A DNA stretch of 43,511 bases from IMG/VR virus record IMGVR_UViG_2529292919_000025; one strand, 5' to 3'. This document shows, piece by piece, positions 8,714 through 18,471 of this stretch. Both the position numbers and the translations under genes were made by a program. This DNA is from a virus (Duplodnaviria; Heunggongvirae; Uroviricota; Caudoviricetes). Under the pieces are notes generated by a model that was not told where the DNA came from, searched no databases, and saw only the letters and a list, made by a program, of their open reading frames with translations. Within the stretch, counting starts at the first letter, position 1. Each line of letters starts with the position of its first letter.

Positions 8714-9310
8714 TCAGTGGGAGTGGTGGCTGGAGTTTTCGCCATCAGACAACATACTGCCCGTGGCATGGGCATTCCCTTTAATCTCGATATTGCCATG
8801 GATGGTCGCGGTAACACCTTCACCACCAGAACCCGCCATGCCTCCTTCGTAAATCAGCTTACCCCTGACACGCAGATCTCCGGTAAGTTCGGTTTCCGGT
8901 GCGTCAATCGTGGCTTTCTGTGTTTTCAATACCACATCAGCACCACACTCAATGACAATATGCTCAATGCCGCCCCGGATGGTCAGAGTGTGCGTCTTCC
9001 GGTTGTAGCTGTACTCTGCACCATCAGCAAACCGGGTTCCCCGGATATTTTTGTCACTGAACGGTGGTTTATCGACGTCTGAATACACCGCGCCCAGAAT
9101 AACACCATCCTCGCCGTTGGCATCGAGCAGCACCTCAACCTGCTCCCCCACGTCAGGGAGCCAGTAATCTTTGTTATCCTGGGTATTGCGCTGCAGCACG
9201 TTAAGCCAGTTTGTGCGCAGGTTATCGCATTCAGGCAGACGAACGCGGGCCTGAACCCTGTCGGCATCAACGGCACTGACCGTACCGACCTGACGAGTGA
9301 CACCAGTCAT
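8714..9310 (-). CDS. Baseplate spike/assembly protein V-like (Mu gp45 position)
   Basis: 198 aa, gpV-like N-terminal OB-like region and Gly-rich C-terminus. Confidence 0.65.
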   Translation of the reverse strand: MTGVTRQVGTVSAVDADRVQARVRLPECDNLRTNWLNVLQRNTQDNKDYWLPDVGEQVEVLLDANGEDGVILGAVYSDVDKPPFSDKNIRGTRFADGAEYSYNRKTHTLTIRGGIEHIVIECGADVVLKTQKATIDAPETELTGDLRVRGKLIYEGGMAGSGGEGVTATIHGNIEIKGNAHATGSMLSDGENSSHHSH

Positions 9311-10461
9311 TTTTTCTTCTCCTTAATCACCGTCGATGTACTGCCATCCGGGTGATAAACCGTGAGTTTCTGAGTTTTTTGTTTTTTCCCTCTTGTGACT
9401 GGCCCCCGTGCCACTTCCAGCTCTGTGGTGTAGCCGCTGTTACGGTCAAACGCATGGCGGGCAGTGGTTATGAGCCATGGCCCGGATAACTGCCCAAAAC
9501 CCACCAGTTCAATTTTGTTGCCTGCTGTCAGTTGAGGTGTTCCCGTCAGCGTCAGGGAGCCGTTCTGCTGGTATTCGTTATGTCTGGCCAGTGCTGAATC
9601 CGCTTTAATCCGGGCACTGTCCGGGTCGCTGACGCGGCTGTTAACTTGAAGTGAGTCAGCGCTGGTAACCTTACCACCTTTGAGCTTTTTGTCGCTTTCA
9701 CGGGTACCACCATCAGCTTCGTAGACGATCAGTTTTTTACTGCTGCTTTTCTGGTGTTTTACCTTTGCAGATTTATAGACCCGGTTGATGGTGTCACGCA
9801 GGGAAAAGCGGGCCACATCCTGCGGTTTTAACTGCCTGACCGGCTCCTGACTGCGCAGTGTGGCCAGATGAGAAAAAATCAGCTGGTCACTGACCACTTT
9901 CACTGCATAACCATACTCGCTGGCCAGCCGGCGCAGAAAACCCACGTCGGTTTCAGCATACTGGGTCACCCGGTCGATTCTGATGGACTCAATGCTGCCC
10001 ACCAGTTTCAGTCGGTGCTTTCTGGCAATCCGCCCCGCAACAGCTTCCAGCGTGGTGTTCTCAAAACCACGACTGGTTTTAGTCCGCAGGGCACTGTTAA
10101 CCGAGGTGGCCACCCCACGGATAGAAACAACGGAAGCGGGCGAACTCACTTCGATCTCGTCTATAGAGAACGTACCGCAGGACAGCAGCTTCTCGCCCTG
10201 ATAGCCCATTTTCAGCGTCAGCGTGTCACCCTTGCCCGGATACCATTTATCCAGCCAGCGGCCATCGGTGTCGTCCAGCTCCACCTCAATGGTATCGGAC
10301 TCATTTTTGATGTTATCGCTCCAGGTCACACGGGTGACATAAGGCGCGATATCAGAGGTGATGTTTTTCTGCAGATACCACAAAGTGAACACCGGTGTCA
10401 GCACATCGCTGACGCCGGTTAACGCTGATGTGACTTGCGCAGTGCTGTTTATCTCAGCCAT
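9307..10461 (-). CDS. Baseplate hub / tail protein D-like (P2 gpD-like, Mu gp44 position)
   Basis: 384 aa downstream of tape measure in the tail module. Confidence 0.65.
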   Translation of the reverse strand: MAEINSTAQVTSALTGVSDVLTPVFTLWYLQKNITSDIAPYVTRVTWSDNIKNESDTIEVELDDTDGRWLDKWYPGKGDTLTLKMGYQGEKLLSCGTFSIDEIEVSSPASVVSIRGVATSVNSALRTKTSRGFENTTLEAVAGRIARKHRLKLVGSIESIRIDRVTQYAETDVGFLRRLASEYGYAVKVVSDQLIFSHLATLRSQEPVRQLKPQDVARFSLRDTINRVYKSAKVKHQKSSSKKLIVYEADGGTRESDKKLKGGKVTSADSLQVNSRVSDPDSARIKADSALARHNEYQQNGSLTLTGTPQLTAGNKIELVGFGQLSGPWLITTARHAFDRNSGYTTELEVARGPVTRGKKQKTQKLTVYHPDGSTSTVIKEKKK

Positions 10462-10664
10462 GGGGCAATATCCTCTTCTGTACGGGCTTCTTCAGCCTCA
10501 ATCACCGGGATCAGTAACAACAGCCCGGAGGGCAGCACCGGCGTGATGGCCACGTGCGGATTGGCGGCAATAATCCGGGGATAGCCCAGCGGGTCACCGT
10601 AGTACTGCCATGCCAGCGAATCCCAGCGCTCTCCGTCACGGGTAACATGTTCAAGAAACATCAC
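10449..10664 (-). CDS. Tail protein X-like (LysM-like small tail protein)
   Basis: 71 aa with ...YYGDP...IIAANP... pattern reminiscent of P2 gpX; overlaps both neighbours. Confidence 0.5.
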   Translation of the reverse strand: MMFLEHVTRDGERWDSLAWQYYGDPLGYPRIIAANPHVAITPVLPSGLLLLIPVIEAEEARTEEDIAPWLR

Positions 10665-11545
10665 ACACTCCTCGTCAGTATTCTGGCGGCCATTGCACTT
10701 AATCCCGGAGACATGCGGTTGAATGCTGTGCCGGCGGCGTTAAGCTGCCCGGAAACGGTATCCAGAGCACCTGCAATATTTCTTTTGTCCACACCACTCA
10801 GCGCAGACTGTGCCTGCTGTACATACGTGACTGCTTCGCTGGCTGTTCTGGCCAGACTGATGGCATCGGGCATGGATTCAGAGAGTGCGTTAAACGCCGG
10901 AACACTTTTCCCCAGAGCCCCGGAGATATTACCCAGTCCGCTCATCAGCCCCGGCACACGGGTCAGTGCGACAACGGGGTTATCCTTCATTTTCTGTGTC
11001 ACCCGAACGGCGCTGATAGTGGTCTGGAGTACAGACTGCGCCTGTTTCGCATAGTTGACGCCGTTGCGGATGAACTGCGCCACCCCTGAAGGTGAAGGTA
11101 TGGCACCGGAGACCGCCCCGACACCCGGGAGCTTCGTGCGTATTGCCGGTGGTTGCAGAGGATTTTTCGGGTCACCGGTGTATTCCCGGAGAGACACGGT
11201 GGCACTGACAGCCAGCACGTTGCCGGTACTGTCAGTCTGCTCGCTGGTTGCAGTCACATCGGTAATCACGAACCAGCCGCGATAGTCACCGTTGCCGAAG
11301 ACCAGCGCCAGTGCCTGATGGGCTTTCATGGCTGTTCGCAGTCTCGCCAGCTCCACATCGGGTACACAATAATGCTGATGGAAAACCAGAGTTATCTGGA
11401 TTTCGTCCAGCCTGTCGCCGACGAACTGCAGGCCAGGCTTACCCCCGATGCGGGCATGCTCCGCATAATCGACGCCGAACGTGGCCTCGAAGCCGTCCCA
11501 GTAGGTAATCAGCTCAAACTCAATATCACCCAGTACGGCAAACAT
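10661..11545 (-). CDS. Tail protein (P2 gpU-like N-terminus; Mu gp43 DNA-circulation position)
   Basis: 294 aa immediately after tape measure; N-terminal ~110 aa gpU-like, Ser/Ala-rich C-terminus. Confidence 0.55.
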   Translation of the reverse strand: MFAVLGDIEFELITYWDGFEATFGVDYAEHARIGGKPGLQFVGDRLDEIQITLVFHQHYCVPDVELARLRTAMKAHQALALVFGNGDYRGWFVITDVTATSEQTDSTGNVLAVSATVSLREYTGDPKNPLQPPAIRTKLPGVGAVSGAIPSPSGVAQFIRNGVNYAKQAQSVLQTTISAVRVTQKMKDNPVVALTRVPGLMSGLGNISGALGKSVPAFNALSESMPDAISLARTASEAVTYVQQAQSALSGVDKRNIAGALDTVSGQLNAAGTAFNRMSPGLSAMAARILTRSV

Positions 11546-14496
11546 CAGCGGTACTCCTTACGTTGTTTCTGAGCCAGCAGACGCTCCAGCATTTTTTCCA
11601 GCTCATGCAGGCTCATATTCAGGGCGCCAGTCAGTCCGGCAGGCGCTGTGGTTTCCCTGCCATTGAGGAAAAACTGAGGATTAAAGCTGACCTGGATACC
11701 ACCAGACGTTCCACCGCCGGTTGCAGCTGCACCACGGCCTGAATATCCGGCAGCCATGATTTCAGGCGAGGGGATACGGGGAACATCCGGTGTCATCTCA
11801 TTTGCCAGACGTTGCCCTGGTAAAATCGATGCCCGGGTGGAGAGCGGGATAGCGGGCATGGAAGACAAACTATTGATTACGGCTCCGATCGCATTTTTAG
11901 CAGACGACATAAACCCGTTGATATCGGGCAACGGCATACTGAAGCGAACACCTGAAGTGTTATCCCGTATTTCTGGCCCCTGAATGCTCACGGGCATTCT
12001 GGGGAGCAGTTCACTGGCCATTCGCTGCCCGGCCAGAGCTGCAAGCGGAGTGGTCCGCTGCAGGCCAATGGCGGCCCCCTGCGCGATATTGTCACCAAAG
12101 CCCATAAACACGCGGCTCGGCGAATGAATACCCAGCTTTTCACTGAACCAGCCACTGATGCTGTCACCCATTCCGGTTACACTGGATTTGAGCGACTCCC
12201 ATTTGTTTTTGATACCGTTAATCAGACCGTCGACAAGATGGCCACCGAAGTCGGTGAACTTTGCCGGCAGATCAACACCAAGATATTTCAGCGCAGCTGC
12301 AAAGGCTTTATAGAGCAGACCTGCCGGCGACCAGTTAATCAGCAGCTTACCAGTTCCCGCGATACCGCCGTTAAAGGCTTCCTGAATGTCAGCCCAGCAC
12401 TGTTTAAACCAGCTACTGATGCTGTCACCCATTCCGGTTACACTGGATTTGAGCGACCCCCATTTGTTTTTGATACCGTTAATCAGACCGTCGATAAGAT
12501 GGCCACCGAAGTCGGTGAACTTTGCCGGCAGAGCAACGCCGAAATATTTCAGCGCAGCCGCAAAGGCTTTATAGAGCAGGCCTGCCGGCGACCAGTTAAT
12601 CAGCAACTTACCAATTCCCACAATGCCGCCGTTAAAGGCTTCCTGAATGTCTGCCCAGCGCTGTTTAAACCAGCCACTGACTGCCCCCCAGTTGCGGTAG
12701 ATAAGGTAAGCTGCTGCCGCGACAGCGGTGATAACGAGACCGATGGGATTCATCATCAGCGCACGTCCAATCCAGAGAACAGCACGTCCGGCGAGCATAA
12801 TTCCGCGAACCAGCCCCCCGGAGAGCACGCCACTCAGTGTTCTGGCTCCTCTGGCGACGGCGCTAAATCCGGTCACCAGCCAGCGGAGCTTACCGCCTTG
12901 CCCCAGTGCGAGCGACAGACGAAGCCAGTTGGCCCGAAGTAAAACAGCATTTTTCCAGACACTTACAAAGGGGGAAATAAGGAGATTCAGCCCCAGTTTG
13001 AGACCAACAGTCGCTATCTTAATCGCAAGGAGCGCACTGATGAGCTTAAAAGCCCCACTGACAAATTGCGGGTGAGTCGCTACCCAGTGTTTTGCCCCCT
13101 GAATGAGTGGAAGCAGTTCCTGAGTCAAAGAAATAAAAGATGGAGCTAATTGATCGCCCAGCGTAATTGCCAGATCGCGACTGCTGACCATAAGTGTTTT
13201 AGTGGCTTCAAGGGGGGATTTCAGCCGCTGATCATAAGCACTGGCAAGCAAATCGTTATCCGCAGCCCTGAGAGCACCGGCACGGATCTCTCGATATCTG
13301 TCCATGTTGGCCAGCATCGGGCGGATAAATGCCATGACCTGCATATCCGCGAACATATCGCCCAGACCAAAGTTTTTCGCCAGAGCCTGAAGTGCCTCAT
13401 CTCTTGCCGTATCATTCTTTATTTTCATGGCTGATTTGAAGCCGGCCAGCGCTTCGGGGCTTTTGGCATTGAGGTAACGTTCTATAACACTCAACATCCC
13501 TTCAATCGGAGAGATCCCCGCAGCTTTATAACTCGCAATAGATCCCTGCAAATCAATACCCAGATCAGCAAACTGTTTCTGAGTATCGCGGGCAAAAATT
13601 TTGGTAAGAAAGTTTTTAAAATTATTGGCTGCTTCGTCGGTGGAACCTGCACCGATTTTTGCTATCTGGAGACTGGCCCCGATTTCAGCAACAGCCTCTT
13701 TTCCACTGGCAATACCCGCCATCATTGGGGCCAGGGACTGCATCCACTTGACCTGATCCGGAATTTCAAATGACCCCTGGTCACCGGCATAAGCCATAAT
13801 ATTCTGAACGGCACCAAAATCTCTGGCCGCACCTTTCAGGGAGTTTTGCCAGACTGCGGCCACTTTTGCCCAGTCCTGAGCAGACGTGCGTGTTGCCGTT
13901 GCCGCGCGGGCAATATCCGGCATCAGAAAACCGATATCTGACACATTATCAATATTGTCGCTGATGAGTGAACCCACCGCCTCCTGCAACTCATCCTGAT
14001 ACTGATTGTATTTAAGCGCCCAGCCTTTTATCTGTCCGGCAAGTCCATCCCGCGTTTTATTGTCATATTTTGCGGTGATCGACATATCAATCATTTTGTC
14101 CTGAAAAGACATGGACTGCTGAACGGCAGGGGAAACCGTATGATAAACAGTCTGTGCCATGCCATACGCTTCAATCCCCTGACCATACAGCGCCATGCGG
14201 TTAGCTTTCAGCGCATCACTGGTAGCGGATGCCGCTGACAGACGGCGCTGCTGGCGCTCAATTTGCTCCATGGTGCGGCTTACCCGCAGCAGCTCGCTGT
14301 TGAGATGCTGCATCCGGGAAGAACCCAGTTGACCATAACGTTCTGTTGCACGGGTTAAAGCGTTCTGACGTTCCTGCAGGCGGCGTGAGGTATCGCTCAG
14401 GGAATCAAGCGCACGGCGGGTACCGCTCATTGCAGAACGGAATGTGCTACCAATCATCCCGCCGATAACAACGCCGACTGAAAACTGTCCCGACAT
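11545..14496 (-). CDS. Tail tape measure protein
   Basis: 983 aa, alpha-helical and Gly/Ala-rich, after the tail chaperone pair; contains an internal 88-aa tandem duplication. Confidence 0.85.
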   Translation of the reverse strand: MSGQFSVGVVIGGMIGSTFRSAMSGTRRALDSLSDTSRRLQERQNALTRATERYGQLGSSRMQHLNSELLRVSRTMEQIERQQRRLSAASATSDALKANRMALYGQGIEAYGMAQTVYHTVSPAVQQSMSFQDKMIDMSITAKYDNKTRDGLAGQIKGWALKYNQYQDELQEAVGSLISDNIDNVSDIGFLMPDIARAATATRTSAQDWAKVAAVWQNSLKGAARDFGAVQNIMAYAGDQGSFEIPDQVKWMQSLAPMMAGIASGKEAVAEIGASLQIAKIGAGSTDEAANNFKNFLTKIFARDTQKQFADLGIDLQGSIASYKAAGISPIEGMLSVIERYLNAKSPEALAGFKSAMKIKNDTARDEALQALAKNFGLGDMFADMQVMAFIRPMLANMDRYREIRAGALRAADNDLLASAYDQRLKSPLEATKTLMVSSRDLAITLGDQLAPSFISLTQELLPLIQGAKHWVATHPQFVSGAFKLISALLAIKIATVGLKLGLNLLISPFVSVWKNAVLLRANWLRLSLALGQGGKLRWLVTGFSAVARGARTLSGVLSGGLVRGIMLAGRAVLWIGRALMMNPIGLVITAVAAAAYLIYRNWGAVSGWFKQRWADIQEAFNGGIVGIGKLLINWSPAGLLYKAFAAALKYFGVALPAKFTDFGGHLIDGLINGIKNKWGSLKSSVTGMGDSISSWFKQCWADIQEAFNGGIAGTGKLLINWSPAGLLYKAFAAALKYLGVDLPAKFTDFGGHLVDGLINGIKNKWESLKSSVTGMGDSISGWFSEKLGIHSPSRVFMGFGDNIAQGAAIGLQRTTPLAALAGQRMASELLPRMPVSIQGPEIRDNTSGVRFSMPLPDINGFMSSAKNAIGAVINSLSSMPAIPLSTRASILPGQRLANEMTPDVPRIPSPEIMAAGYSGRGAAATGGGTSGGIQVSFNPQFFLNGRETTAPAGLTGALNMSLHELEKMLERLLAQKQRKEYR
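12151..12678. repeat. Tandem duplication (2 x ~264 bp) inside the tape measure gene
   Basis: Two near-identical adjacent DNA copies encoding SGWFKQ(R/C)WADIQEAFNGGI...GMGDSIS; boundaries approximate. Confidence 0.65.
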
Positions 14497-14571
14497 AGTG
14501 GTTAACCTCCGGGGAAGGTGAAAAGACGTGAGGGGATAACGCAGAACAGCCGCTACTGGCGGCTGTCTGTA

Positions 14572-14829
14572 CTATGATTTGTCGCCGTACTCGCTTTTGA
14601 TTTGCTCTTCAGCCTGCTCCAGCCACATCTCCAGATCGTCAGTATCGAGGGCATCAATCTCCCCCGGCTGAAACCGGAACCATCTCGCCAGCAGCCCCTG
14701 CGCCTGCGTCAGCGCCTTTGTCGCTCTCACCCATCCCCGTGATGAGCTGAAATCGTTTCTGTAACTGCAGGTAATCAGCCAGGTCCATATTGTCGAGATC
14801 TTCCGGGAGAAGACCAGTACTGCGGGCAA
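14572..14829 (-). CDS. Tail assembly chaperone frameshift extension (gpE'/GT-like), downstream frame
   Basis: ORF in the +1 frame relative to 14654-14989, overlapping it by 176 nt and extending 27 codons further towards the tape measure. Confidence 0.45.
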   Translation of the reverse strand: MPAVLVFSRKISTIWTWLITCSYRNDFSSSRGWVRATKALTQAQGLLARWFRFQPGEIDALDTDDLEMWLEQAEEQIKSEYGDKS

Positions 14830-14989
14830 TCAGCGGTTCGTCCCAGTCTGCCGGGTTTTTGCTGATTTTGCGCACCTGCTTCAGGTCTTTTACCGTCAGG
14901 CGTTTCAGTTCAACCTGCTCAATTCTGGTGCCTGCAGCAGTGGTGAAGGGATAAGACAATTTAAAAGTATCGGATGGGGTCTGTGACAT
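14654..14989 (-). CDS. Tail assembly chaperone (gpE/G-like), upstream frame
   Basis: 111 aa directly upstream of the tape measure; acidic C-terminus; overlapped by a second ORF in another frame. Confidence 0.6.
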   Translation of the reverse strand: MSQTPSDTFKLSYPFTTAAGTRIEQVELKRLTVKDLKQVRKISKNPADWDEPLIARSTGLLPEDLDNMDLADYLQLQKRFQLITGMGESDKGADAGAGAAGEMVPVSAGGD

Positions 14990-15086
14990 GATTGTGCTCC
15001 TGTGTAAGTTCAGGGCAGTATGTCGGGAGAAGCGCGTGACGGATATTAAAGGAGATTAAGAAGAAGGGGCCGGAGCCCCTGTGATG

Positions 15087-15368
15087 TCAGCAAGTGCGAA
15101 ACCCCTTGCAGTTACGCAGGAAAGCGATGAGAAGCGTCTTTCCCTCAGATTTGCCGATGCCGGAGAACCAGTGGTCGGGAGGCTCCCATGCTTCAATCAA
15201 ATCCGCCAGTTTGCGGGCCTTTGAACGTGTGCAGTCAATCGGGTCATTGGTTTTACGGGTATTAAAAAGGGTTTCCACCCCCGGAATATCAAGGAGGGTA
15301 AACCACGTACCATTTGACATGCCCAGTGCCGCACATCGTCCTCCTTTATCCGTCAGTTCAACACTCAC
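15087..15368 (-). CDS. Hypothetical protein between tail tube and chaperone
   Basis: 93-aa ORF starting 3 nt after the tube stop, on the late strand; no motif. Confidence 0.4.
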   Translation of the reverse strand: MSVELTDKGGRCAALGMSNGTWFTLLDIPGVETLFNTRKTNDPIDCTRSKARKLADLIEAWEPPDHWFSGIGKSEGKTLLIAFLRNCKGFRTC

Positions 15369-15370
15369 CG

Positions 15371-15892
15371 TCAGCCCCCGATATTGATACGGTAGTCAGT
15401 CAGTTGATCAACACCGCCGACCCGGAAGATGTTGGCCAGATAGTCCAGTTGCAGCAGCTCTTCACCATCCAGTACCTGTCTGATATACGTGCAGGTGAAG
15501 CTACTGGAGAACTCGGCGTTCTCGTGCTGTTTGAACGTCCCCAGCGGGTTCTTCTTGAACATAATCGTCAGGAAGGTGACCAGCGGGATTTCGTCAATCA
15601 GCCCCTGCGAGCTGTAGCGCTGGACGCTGGAACGACACTGCAGTGCCAGCGACCTGTACGGGTTCGCGGCAGACAGCATCGCATCGCGGTAAAAGCTGTT
15701 CCATTTGATTTCGCCTTCCAGTTTGTCAAAACCAGCCGGGAGTTCCACCTTACCCACCATCCCCAGCGCCTTGTGTTCCTGCATAATCATGGAGACATCG
15801 GGGAGTTTAACTTCCTCAGCCCGTCCCAGCAGGTTAGTACCATCCAGATAGATGTTGGCATTCGTGATGCGGTTTATCTCAATCTTTGACAT
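15371..15892 (-). CDS. Tail tube protein (FII-like / Mu M position)
   Basis: 173 aa immediately downstream of the sheath, 1-nt overlap. Confidence 0.75.
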   Translation of the reverse strand: MSKIEINRITNANIYLDGTNLLGRAEEVKLPDVSMIMQEHKALGMVGKVELPAGFDKLEGEIKWNSFYRDAMLSAANPYRSLALQCRSSVQRYSSQGLIDEIPLVTFLTIMFKKNPLGTFKQHENAEFSSSFTCTYIRQVLDGEELLQLDYLANIFRVGGVDQLTDYRINIGG

Positions 15893-17319
15893 CAGTTGCC
15901 CCCTTTCAGGGTTAACAGGTATTCCGAGGTGATCTCAGTCTCAAACGTCAGTCGCTCCAGCGGCGGTGGTGGCGTATATTTGTAGCTCAGCAACAGGTGC
16001 CCGGCGGCCAGCTCCGTCTCCGGATTGCGGGCCGGATCAAACCAGCAACGGAAGCCCAGTACCGCACCATCACCAGTCATTTTGCGACCGTAGGCGTTGA
16101 CCGACTCCGTCAGTGCATCAATCAGCGCCTGAGTAATCGGCATGTCGATGTACTGCTGGCTGAAATAACGAATGGACTCGTTGATCACATCACCGGTGCG
16201 GCGAACGTTCTCAAAGTTACGCATATGGGTGACCGTTGGCCATGCTGCCGTCCGGTTACCCCACAGACGAAGGCCGCTGCCGTAACTGCTGAATACCGTG
16301 GTGATCCCCTGTTCGTTAAGCAGGTTCACCTCACTCTGCGGGTCATCAATCATCGCGGACAGCTGGCGCTCCACGCCGGTGATCCCCAGAATCTCCTGAT
16401 TGGAGGATGACCACCAGTAGCCCTTGTCCAGATCGACTCTGGCACGCAGACCTGCTGCACGCTGGCTGAGCGGCTCCAGACGCTCTGTGTTTGTCACCGG
16501 GTCATATACCTTCACATGCGGATAGCACAGACGGACGCGGTCGGAGCTGGTATTGAAGTTGATGGTGCCTTCCGGGCCACGACCTGCCAGAGCCTGTGCA
16601 AAGGTGGTACCGACAGGCGCATCAATGTAGGTTACCGCGCCCAGCTTCTCTGCCATGGCGATAAGCTCAACTGCGACACTCTTCTGGGTGCAGAACACCG
16701 GCGCAATCAGAATTTTGGCGAAATAGCCGTACAGGTTGAAGCTGTCGTTAAGCAGCTTCATGCCGGTTCGGTTTCCGGCGCTGTTCACCCCGCCGATGAT
16801 GTCCGCCGCAGTCACCTTCGACGGGTCCGCGTACTCATAGCTCACCTTCACGCTGCCACCGGCCTCAATAGCCTTGCCCAGGTTCGTGAGCACACCCGCC
16901 TGCGCATCAACACGGTAGTCCGTGTTCGCCGTGTGGGTGGTGCTGCCTTCACTGTTTTTCACCACCACATTAGCGACAACCGGATGCGCCAGTCTGGCCT
17001 GCCCTGTCGATTTGTCAAAGGTAACCACCTCATCCTCGATCGCCGTTTTATGTTTCGCCGGGTCGAGGACGTTAATGACCAGAACGGTGCCTGCACCATG
17101 GTCATAAATCGCATCCAGCGCCTGCGGAATGGTAAAGCCGGTGAACTGGCTGCCAAATGCCGCTGCGTCTTTCTCAGACAGGCACTGTACCAGCGTATTG
17201 ACATCCCCCATCGGGGCGGTACCAATCAGGCCAATAACGGCAGATTTCACCGTTTTAACCGGGCGGGCTCCGTTTTCCACCTCAATGGTTTCGGGACCAT
17301 GCAGATAGTTAGCTGCCAT
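15892..17319 (-). CDS. Contractile tail sheath protein (Mu L-like)
   Basis: 475 aa, sheath-like sequence, followed by tube gene. Confidence 0.8.
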   Translation of the reverse strand: MAANYLHGPETIEVENGARPVKTVKSAVIGLIGTAPMGDVNTLVQCLSEKDAAAFGSQFTGFTIPQALDAIYDHGAGTVLVINVLDPAKHKTAIEDEVVTFDKSTGQARLAHPVVANVVVKNSEGSTTHTANTDYRVDAQAGVLTNLGKAIEAGGSVKVSYEYADPSKVTAADIIGGVNSAGNRTGMKLLNDSFNLYGYFAKILIAPVFCTQKSVAVELIAMAEKLGAVTYIDAPVGTTFAQALAGRGPEGTINFNTSSDRVRLCYPHVKVYDPVTNTERLEPLSQRAAGLRARVDLDKGYWWSSSNQEILGITGVERQLSAMIDDPQSEVNLLNEQGITTVFSSYGSGLRLWGNRTAAWPTVTHMRNFENVRRTGDVINESIRYFSQQYIDMPITQALIDALTESVNAYGRKMTGDGAVLGFRCWFDPARNPETELAAGHLLLSYKYTPPPPLERLTFETEITSEYLLTLKGGN

Positions 17320-17563
17320 GGGCGTCCTCCGTTTTCACTTCGCTGTCACTGCTGCTTCTGCGCTTTGGTGACTGCACAGCCGGTGTGACGGCGGGTTTAG
17401 TATCTTCTGGTACCGGCGTCAGATGCTTCAGCGCCACCAGTACCTTCACGTAGTCATGCTCCTCCGGCAGGGAAACCGCCTTCCCCGGCCAGAGCAGGAT
17501 TTCGGTTCCGTCCGACAGCGTGACGCCGCTGGCCGGGCCGGAATAGCGGTATGCTTTCATCAC
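17309..17563 (-). CDS. Hypothetical head-tail region protein (Mu gp38 position)
   Basis: 84 aa, overlapping neighbours in an operon-like arrangement. Confidence 0.45.
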   Translation of the reverse strand: MMKAYRYSGPASGVTLSDGTEILLWPGKAVSLPEEHDYVKVLVALKHLTPVPEDTKPAVTPAVQSPKRRSSSDSEVKTEDAHGS

Positions 17564-18024
17564 TCGCTTTCCTCATAGTTCACTTCGGTTAACAGCGGGC
17601 CGGACGGTAAATCGCTGTCTTCGATAAAGATGCTTTCAGTCGCGAAGTCGAGGGCGTATTGCCACAGCCCCCTGACTTCACCGATAAACACCTCGCGGGT
17701 CAGCCAGATACGGCGGCGGCAGCCGGGCGGGGTGTGGCCACCGAGAATGCGGCGGACAGCATCCAGGACATTAATCGCCCCTTTTTTACCGTTGAGCTGG
17801 CGGAAGACCACCGTGACGCAGAGCTGGATAGTCTGAGACTGGATCACCGCACCGGTATCATCCGGCCTGTCAAAGCGCGAACCGGCATAGCTCAGCAGCA
17901 ACGCGCCAACCGGATGGTTCAGGCGATATTCAGCCGGTTTCTCCGGGAAGTACTCCACCTGCAGTTGCGGCAGCTTCTCGCGTAACCGGGCCAGTACCGC
18001 ATCAAGGACGGGCAGAACGTTCAT
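17560..18024 (-). CDS. Head-tail connector/completion-like protein (Mu gp37 position)
   Basis: 154 aa in the head-tail joining block. Confidence 0.5.
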   Translation of the reverse strand: MNVLPVLDAVLARLREKLPQLQVEYFPEKPAEYRLNHPVGALLLSYAGSRFDRPDDTGAVIQSQTIQLCVTVVFRQLNGKKGAINVLDAVRRILGGHTPPGCRRRIWLTREVFIGEVRGLWQYALDFATESIFIEDSDLPSGPLLTEVNYEESE

Positions 18025-18470
18025 CAGTATTTCTCCAGTAAACCGTCACGACCGCCGAAAGTGGCCGGGCGACTGCGTACACGAAACTCGCCAGGCTCAG
18101 GCACATCTTTCTGAGTGGACGGCAGCCCCAGCGTGAGCCTGTTATCACGTAACTCCCTGAGTTGCCGCAGCACTTCTTTGTGGTCATCCTTCACCGTATC
18201 CGGGAGGTCACCTTCCGGGCGGCGGGCGTAGAGCCGGTAACGGACCAGCGTGATGGCAATGTCCCGCAGAACAGTCGGTATCTCTGCCAGTGGCAGGATA
18301 TAGCGTCCGCGCAGATGGGCATCAATCAGCTCGTCGGCATAGCGGATACAGCTGTCCACCACACGGGTATTCACTGTTGCAGGCGAGTCGAAGTCCATCT
18401 CTTCACTGGTGAGCTCGATAAGCGTCCGCTCCGGCACCTGCGCAAGCAAATCCTCCAGGGTGCAGTACAT
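18024..18470 (-). CDS. Head-tail joining protein (Mu gp36 position); start trimmed to internal ATG
   Basis: Track ORF 18024-18632 overlaps the upstream gene by 160 nt; in-frame ATG at 18470 (MYCTLEDLL...) abuts that gene's stop at 18472. Confidence 0.5.
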   Translation of the reverse strand: MYCTLEDLLAQVPERTLIELTSEEMDFDSPATVNTRVVDSCIRYADELIDAHLRGRYILPLAEIPTVLRDIAITLVRYRLYARRPEGDLPDTVKDDHKEVLRQLRELRDNRLTLGLPSTQKDVPEPGEFRVRSRPATFGGRDGLLEKY

Positions 18471-18471
18471 G

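Noticed and set aside
12124-12942. 272-aa plus-strand ORF with internal repeat
   Set aside because: Lies antisense within the tape measure gene; its repeat simply mirrors the tape measure tandem duplication.
16516-17388. 290-aa plus-strand ORF
   Set aside because: Antisense to the tail sheath gene; composition typical of GC-rich antisense frames.
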